Assembly: GCF_000175255.2 (NCBI RefSeq)
Contig: NC_017262.1
Location: 450,001-482,000 of the forward strand
DNA from: Zymomonas mobilis subsp. mobilis ATCC 10988
GTDB taxonomy: Bacteria > Pseudomonadota > Alphaproteobacteria > Sphingomonadales > Sphingomonadaceae
Length of the DNA stretch: 32,000 nucleotides
Direction of reading: 5' to 3'
Below, in pieces: positions 27,146 through 32,000 of the stretch. Each line of letters starts with the position of its first letter. Position 1 is the stretch's first letter. The notes under the pieces were generated by a model. It was not told the DNA's origin. It worked only from the letters and a program-made list of their open reading frames with translations, and searched no databases. Position numbers and translations under genes: made by a program.

Positions 27146-27529
27146 TCAATGAAGGCAGCTATGCCGTCTAACGCGATGATTCATCAAATGGGCGCAGGCT
27201 ACCAAAGAAACCCCAATCACCGTGCAAACATCCTCTGCCACACTATGACCTACAAATAATCCAACAGACATAAAGGCAATACCAATAAAGCCTATAATAA
27301 CAGGACGCCATTTATGGTGAGATAAAAATCCGCCACCCAATCCCAATAAAGCAAAAAGAACAGCTAACCCCAAACCGATTTCATGAATACGCGGGTCGTT
27401 AAGACGATCGGATACTTCGGACAAAAAGAGCAAAAGAAATAATCCGCCGAAACAATGGATAGCGCATAATCCTGAAAGCACAACAGCGATGCGATCTAGC
27501 CAATGAGACTGAAAAATTCGCTTTATCAT
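27146..27529 (-). CDS. MerC-domain-like small membrane protein
   Basis: This is a 127-aa ORF with four hydrophobic helices. The N-terminal LDRIAVVLSGLCAIHC motif is typical of MerC-domain proteins, and a C-terminal Cys/His-rich tail follows. Confidence 0.6.
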   Translation of the reverse strand: MIKRIFQSHWLDRIAVVLSGLCAIHCFGGLFLLLFLSEVSDRLNDPRIHEIGLGLAVLFALLGLGGGFLSHHKWRPVIIGFIGIAFMSVGLFVGHSVAEDVCTVIGVSLVACAHLMNHRVRRHSCLH

Positions 27530-27658
27530 CTCTTTATCCTAAAATTGAATAAGGCATCCTTTTACTATGGCAGTTGATAAGATGCGCTGGTCTTCCGGTT
27601 ATATGGGAGGTGTCAGTATATGTTACAACGTAACGGCGGTCATTTTACCCTCTTAAGG

Positions 27659-27682
27659 ATGATCGAAAACCGATCATTTTTT
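27659..27682 (+). terminator. Orphan rho-independent terminator in the MerC-like / rplM spacer
   Basis: The stem ATGATCG / CGATCAT has loop AAAAC and is followed by T6. No annotated plus-strand gene lies upstream of it. Confidence 0.6.
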
Positions 27683-27858
27683 GGGATATAAAAGAACAAA
27701 AAATCATCGCGGTATTATAATACCACTCTAAAAACCCTTATTTTTCTTGACTATTCCGGCCTAGACTGTATTCACCTGCCTTCAATAGACGGCATTTCTG
27801 TTTTAGGCAGGAATTTCCGTGATTTTACGAATTTTAGCCATATGAGGAACAAGAGCCC

Positions 27859-28338
27859 ATGAAGGCGCTCATGAAAACGACGAAGCCGGCAACGCCTGCA
27901 ACCGTCGAAAAAAAATGGCATCTGATTGATGCCGAAGGATTAGTTGTTGGTCGTGTCGCAACGATTATCGCTAATCTTCTGCGCGGCAAGCACAAACCGA
28001 GCTTTACGCCTTACATTGACTGCGGCGACAATGTTGTTGTTATCAATGCAGACAAGGTTCGTTTCACCGGCCGTAAAATGCAGAAAAAAGTATACTACAA
28101 GCATACCGGTTATGCTGGTGGTATCAAGGAAACCACTCCGGCCAAAGTTTTGGGCGGACGTTTTCCGGAACGTGTATTGGAAAAAGCGGTTGAACGCATG
28201 ATTCCCCGTGGCCCCTTAGGTCGCCAGCAAATGCGTAACCTCCGTATCTTTGCCGGTGCAGAACATTCGCATACGGCTCAGAATCCTGAAGTTCTTGATG
28301 TTGCGGCTATGAACCGTAAAAATAAGGTGGGTGCCTGA
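27859..28338 (+). CDS. rplM: 50S ribosomal protein L13
   Basis: The block [34 protein letters not shown] is canonical for L13. GAGGAA lies 8 nt upstream of the ATG at 27859. The ATG at 27871 is an alternative start. Confidence 0.95.
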   Translation: MKALMKTTKPATPATVEKKWHLIDAEGLVVGRVATIIANLLRGKHKPSFTPYIDCGDNVVVINADKVRFTGRKMQKKVYYKHTGYAGGIKETTPAKVLGGRFPERVLEKAVERMIPRGPLGRQQMRNLRIFAGAEHSHTAQNPEVLDVAAMNRKNKVGA

Positions 28339-28886
28339 TGGCTGATCATCGTCAATCTCTTTCCGATCTTGCTGATCTGGCAAAAGCCGGCGCAGCGAAA
28401 GCCGGTGCCGCAACGACCTCTGTTGTTACAGAAACTGTTGTTGAAGAAAAAGCTGCTGTTGCCGAACCTGCTCCCCTGCGTGAGCAGATTTTGGACGCAC
28501 AGGGTCGTGCTTATGCAACTGGCCGTCGTAAAGACGCTGTTGCTCGCGTCTGGATCAAACCGGGCAGCGGCAAGATCACTGTAAACGGTCGCGATCAGGA
28601 ATTTTACTTCGCCCGTCCGACCTTGCGTTTGGTTATCAATCAGCCTTTCGACGTCACGGAACGTCGTGGCCAGTATGATGTTGTCGCAACCGTTACCGGT
28701 GGCGGTCTCTCTGGTCAGGCTGGTGCCGTAAAGCATGGTATTTCTCAGGCTTTGACCCGCTACGAACCGGCTCTGCGTTCTTCTGTGAAGGCTGCTGGCT
28801 TCCTGACGCGCGATAGCCGTGCGGTTGAACGTAAGAAATACGGTCGTGCCAAAGCTCGCCGTAGCTTCCAGTTCTCCAAACGTTAA
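28338..28886 (+). CDS. rpsI: 30S ribosomal protein S9 (with ~50-aa N-terminal extension)
   Basis: The C-terminal 130 aa are canonical S9 ([17 protein letters not shown] ... [19 protein letters not shown] ... RRSFQFSKR). The start overlaps the rplM stop (TGATG). AAGGTGG lies upstream. Confidence 0.95.
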   Translation: MADHRQSLSDLADLAKAGAAKAGAATTSVVTETVVEEKAAVAEPAPLREQILDAQGRAYATGRRKDAVARVWIKPGSGKITVNGRDQEFYFARPTLRLVINQPFDVTERRGQYDVVATVTGGGLSGQAGAVKHGISQALTRYEPALRSSVKAAGFLTRDSRAVERKKYGRAKARRSFQFSKR

Positions 28887-28931
28887 GATCTTTTTACTTT
28901 ATAAAACAATTTATAAAGAAAAAGACAAAAA

Positions 28932-28960
28932 GGGTGCCATTTTGGCACCCTTTTTCTTTT
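28932..28960 (+). terminator. Rho-independent terminator of rplM-rpsI
   Basis: GGGTGCCA-ttt-TGGCACCC is followed by TTTTTCTTTT and preceded by an A-run. Confidence 0.9.
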
Positions 28961-29092
28961 AAAATGGATGTAAATTTCCGGCTATATGCCGTAAAAGTAA
29001 AGGACACTCTACCCCCATGTTCTTTGTGCTTTTTTGCTTGGGAACAGAATGTCCGATAAACGACTAAACGGATTCCAAATTAAGGATTTTGC

Positions 29093-30496
29093 GTGGCTGA
29101 AGATTTCAAGGAACGTTTAAAGTTATTTAACGTCACTGCCGGTGACTATAAAAATTTTCCCGCGCTCAAAAAAATTGTTGAGCGTCATGGGCAGAAAACC
29201 CTTGATTATCTTTATACGCATCTGACACGCACTTCGGCTGCCCGTTTTTTCAAAAGCAAAGACGCGATTGAAAAGGCAAAAAAGAAGCAGCTAGCGCATT
29301 GGCTCTCGTGGTTCACCTTACCTTTGGATAAAAAAAGTGAGGAAACTTCCAAAAAAATCGGTGCCATTCATGCCCAAATTGGGGTAACGCCTACCTATTA
29401 TATCAGCGCCTATGCTGTTAGTTTGGAACAATTAATTACGCGGGCGATAAAATCCTCAGCGGCAGGTTTATTTCTCAACCGCAAATTAGCCGATACAATT
29501 GGCTCTTTAGTCAAATTAACCCTTCTTGATATTGAAATTGTTCTGTCGAATTATCTGGATTACGAGCGTCAGGAACGGAACACCATCCTGACGAGCTTGA
29601 GCAAAGCGCTTAACCAGATGGCCGAACAAAATTTTGATGTCGTTCTAGAACATATCCCGAAAAACTATGCTGCGATCGCGAATGACTTCGCCGTTATGCG
29701 TTCTAGCTTAGCGGGTGTGATCGCCCAAGTTATCGAAATCGCTCATCGCGCCAAATCAGAAGCGCATAATATCGGTCGTTTTTCGCAATCTTTAACCGAT
29801 TCCAGCCATCACCAAATTCAGACATTGGGTGATGCAACCAATACCATGAGTCATATTGCCGAAGCGGCCAAAAACACGGCTTTACAGGCAAAGGATGTCA
29901 GTAAATCCATTGATGAAACACGGGAAAAAGCAGGTGAAGGTGGCCGTATCGCCTATGATGCCATCAAGAGCATGGAAGCGTTGTCCGCCTCATCTAAAAA
30001 GATTTCCAATATCGTTACCCTCATTGATGATATCGCATTTCAAACCAATCTTTTGGCTTTAAATGCTAGTATTGAAGCCGCGAAAGCGAGCGAAGCAGGT
30101 CGAGGCTTCACCGTTGTTGCGAATGAAGTTCGGGCGCTGGCTCAGCGTTCAGCCGAAGCCGCCGCAGGTATTAAAACCCTTATTGAAGACAGTTTAAAAC
30201 AGCTTAGCATCACAAAAAATCATGTTGAAAATACCGGCAAAACCTTTGAAGAAATTATAGAGAGTATCGAAACCGTTAACCGGCAGGCTCATGATATTTC
30301 ACTATCAGCGGCATCTCAATCACAAGAGCTGCAAAACGCCGCTGCGACCGTTAAAAATACTGAACAAATAACGCAACAAGGGGGCGTTATTGTTGAGCAA
30401 TCAACCGAAGCTTCTCGAAATATTGTCGAGGCAATTGACCTACTTGGCACCGCTTTGGAACGTTTTCATCTAGGGGCAGATGAGAAAACAAACTAA
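29093..30496 (+). CDS. Soluble globin-coupled methyl-accepting chemotaxis protein (HemAT-like aerotaxis transducer)
   Basis: This is a 467-aa ORF with a GTG start and AGGA 7 nt upstream. The N-terminal sensor-globin-like region has KKIGAIHAQIGVTPTYYISAY (compare HemAT IARVHVRIGLLPKWYMGAF). I see no transmembrane segment. The C-terminal MCP signalling domain is IAFQTNLLALNASIEAAKASEAGRGFTVVANEVRALAQRS. Confidence 0.88.
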   Translation: MAEDFKERLKLFNVTAGDYKNFPALKKIVERHGQKTLDYLYTHLTRTSAARFFKSKDAIEKAKKKQLAHWLSWFTLPLDKKSEETSKKIGAIHAQIGVTPTYYISAYAVSLEQLITRAIKSSAAGLFLNRKLADTIGSLVKLTLLDIEIVLSNYLDYERQERNTILTSLSKALNQMAEQNFDVVLEHIPKNYAAIANDFAVMRSSLAGVIAQVIEIAHRAKSEAHNIGRFSQSLTDSSHHQIQTLGDATNTMSHIAEAAKNTALQAKDVSKSIDETREKAGEGGRIAYDAIKSMEALSASSKKISNIVTLIDDIAFQTNLLALNASIEAAKASEAGRGFTVVANEVRALAQRSAEAAAGIKTLIEDSLKQLSITKNHVENTGKTFEEIIESIETVNRQAHDISLSAASQSQELQNAAATVKNTEQITQQGGVIVEQSTEASRNIVEAIDLLGTALERFHLGADEKTN

Positions 30497-30716
30497 TTTT
30501 GCTTTATTTATAGCGATAAAAAACGTCAAATATCATGCGCGCTTTCCAATTGATCCTTGACGTAATAGGAAAAATTTTCCAGCCTATTTTGCCTTTTTGA
30601 TATAATAACAAGACGGATAAAGGCTTTAGGCAATCGCTATTTTCTGAATGTCCCTTTTCGGCATTCAAAGGTAACAGGAACTATCAGACGTTCTTTCGGG
30701 GAAGACGGTATAATTT

Positions 30717-32000
30717 ATGACACAGCCCGAAAAAAAACTGTTTACTTTATGGCAAGCCCAAAAAAAAACGATCGAAAATGATCTAAAGGCCTGTCAGGCC
30801 GGTATCTATGACAGCAAATGCCTGCTCCGTCTGGAAATGGCGATAAAAGAACTGAATAATCAGGCCTCTGGCAATAATGAAACAGCGTTAGTTCAGTTAA
30901 CTTTTTTACTAGCGCAACTGATAGAAGCGATCCGCAAAGATCGCTTGGCTTTAAATCTGTTCTTAATTGATCTTATCCAGCGTAGTTTTGATACGATCGA
31001 AAATGACATTCTGGCCATTACATCAAAACAGATTCCGGTTGACCAGACCCAGATTGAAGAAGAATTACAAAAGACAATCGCCCATTCTTCTCAATATGCG
31101 ATTAAAAAAGTCGGTCATGAAATCACTATAGACAAGCCAGAAGTCATTTTATCCAAAAACGCTCTGGTGGCCGATGATCCCGTAACGCGTATTCATCAAA
31201 ATGCCACGGATGAAACGCTTCACGTTGAAGGCAGTCTTGAACCGCATATTCCAGTTAATCCTGAAAAACTGGATAACCTATTCGATATATTCCACGAAAT
31301 GCTGAGCATTCGTTCAGAATTAAGTCTCACTCATGGCCTTTCAGATGAAAAAGCTGGTCGGGTCAATGCGCTCGAAAAATTGGATCAACTGATCCAATCT
31401 GCCAATAATTATGCTATGGCGCTCCAAACTCAGACTATCGAGCCGCTTTTTAAACAAGTCATTGATATCATTAAGCAAAGATGCGGTAATAATCACAAAA
31501 ATATTATTTTTTCAGTTATCGGATCTGAAATCAAAATCGACAAACGGATCGTCATTGATCTTGGCAAGGCTTTACTTGAACTTGTCGATAATGCGGCCTT
31601 TCACGGCATTGAAGAAAGCGAAACGCGTCAGGAAATGGGTAAACCTCGCGAAGGTCATATTCGCTTGGAAGCCCGCTATCATGCCAGCCGCTTAAAGATC
31701 ATTATCGCCGATGATGGCCGTGGCATTCTTTGGAAAAAACTGGTCAAAATTGCCGAACAATACGGCATAATTGCAGATAAAGATGCTCCAGATGGGAAAG
31801 CAGACGAAACGCAATCTTTTGAAAGCCATGCCTCGCATCATGGAAAAGGCGGCTTTGCGACCGTCAAAGACATTGTTCAGTCATTAAAGGGAGAAATCCG
31901 CATTTATGCTCCTCCCCGTTTAGGCACGCGGGTCACGATGCTTCTACCCCTTAATCAAACGATGGTTGAAGGCCTGATTACCACCGTCAAAGATCAAAGC
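30717..32000 (+). CDS. cheA: CheA-like chemotaxis histidine kinase, 5' partial (continues beyond the window)
   Basis: This call comes from manual translation and is not in the ORF track because the ORF is open to the window end. It spans 428 codons without a stop, starting at the ATG at 30717, which is preceded by an in-frame TAA. The P3-like block is VNPEKLDNLFDIFHEMLSIRSEL. The HATPase blocks are LLELVDNAAFHGIEESETRQEMGKPREGHIRLEA and IIIADDGRGI, followed by GTRVTMLLPLNQTMVEG. The order matches E. coli CheA P3-P4. Confidence 0.8.
   Translation, partial: MTQPEKKLFTLWQAQKKTIENDLKACQAGIYDSKCLLRLEMAIKELNNQASGNNETALVQLTFLLAQLIEAIRKDRLALNLFLIDLIQRSFDTIENDILAITSKQIPVDQTQIEEELQKTIAHSSQYAIKKVGHEITIDKPEVILSKNALVADDPVTRIHQNATDETLHVEGSLEPHIPVNPEKLDNLFDIFHEMLSIRSELSLTHGLSDEKAGRVNALEKLDQLIQSANNYAMALQTQTIEPLFKQVIDIIKQRCGNNHKNIIFSVIGSEIKIDKRIVIDLGKALLELVDNAAFHGIEESETRQEMGKPREGHIRLEARYHASRLKIIIADDGRGILWKKLVKIAEQYGIIADKDAPDGKADETQSFESHASHHGKGGFATVKDIVQSLKGEIRIYAPPRLGTRVTMLLPLNQTMVEGLITTVKDQS

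Noticed and set aside
29052-29059. TCCGATAA, resembling the -10 element (GCCGATAA) of sigma-28/FliA promoters, 34 nt upstream of the MCP start
   Set aside because: There is no TAAA-type -35 element at the required ~15-nt spacing. A single 7/8 match is insufficient to call a promoter.
31411-31695. 94-aa plus-strand ORF from the track
   Set aside because: It lies inside the cheA-like reading frame (30717 onward) in a different frame. The cheA frame carries clear kinase motifs, so this ORF is spurious.

Overview
This is a 32 kb chromosomal window, mid-40s % GC by eye, with several very AT-rich spacers. Gene content and protein sequences (class I LysRS, long-form LeuA, OpgG/OpgH, glutamine-dependent NadE, PAS_5 protein) suggest an alphaproteobacterium of the Sphingomonadales, most like Zymomonas. 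That assignment is an inference; no database search was possible. Gene order: tRNA-Arg(CCG) (-); opgG-opgH operon (-); a secreted fungal-type GH35 glycosidase (+), divergent from opgG; leuA (+) with a possible leader; TonB-dependent receptor (+); small basic protein (+); nadE-gltX (-); PAS_5 protein (-); tRNA-Thr(CGT) (+); an AT-rich islet with an 81-aa ORF and a membrane-anchored NERD protein; a beta-lactamase-fold serine hydrolase (+); DinG/XPD-like Fe-S helicase (-); class I lysK (+); a ~430 bp almost pure A/T spacer; a signal-peptide-bearing aldose 1-epimerase (+); an orphan serine recombinase (+); DUF192 (+); a MerC-like membrane protein (-); rplM-rpsI (+); a soluble globin-coupled (HemAT-like) MCP (+); and a 5'-partial cheA-like kinase that runs off the window end and is absent from the ORF track. 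I found no CRISPR array, rRNA, transposase or recognisable multi-gene defence system, so most of the window is housekeeping. The most unusual observations are: (1) the CheA-like kinase has an HPt-like N-terminus with no histidine in its first 122 residues; (2) the GH35 protein reads Asp-Arg where the clan GH-A Asn-Glu acid/base pair should be; (3) the recombinase gene is flanked by an 11/12 direct repeat, with a GTATAC-centred inverted repeat upstream; (4) the tRNA-Thr-adjacent NERD islet; (5) terminator-like leader structures lie upstream of lysK and leuA. All functional calls rest on motif recognition by eye and need homology searches to confirm.
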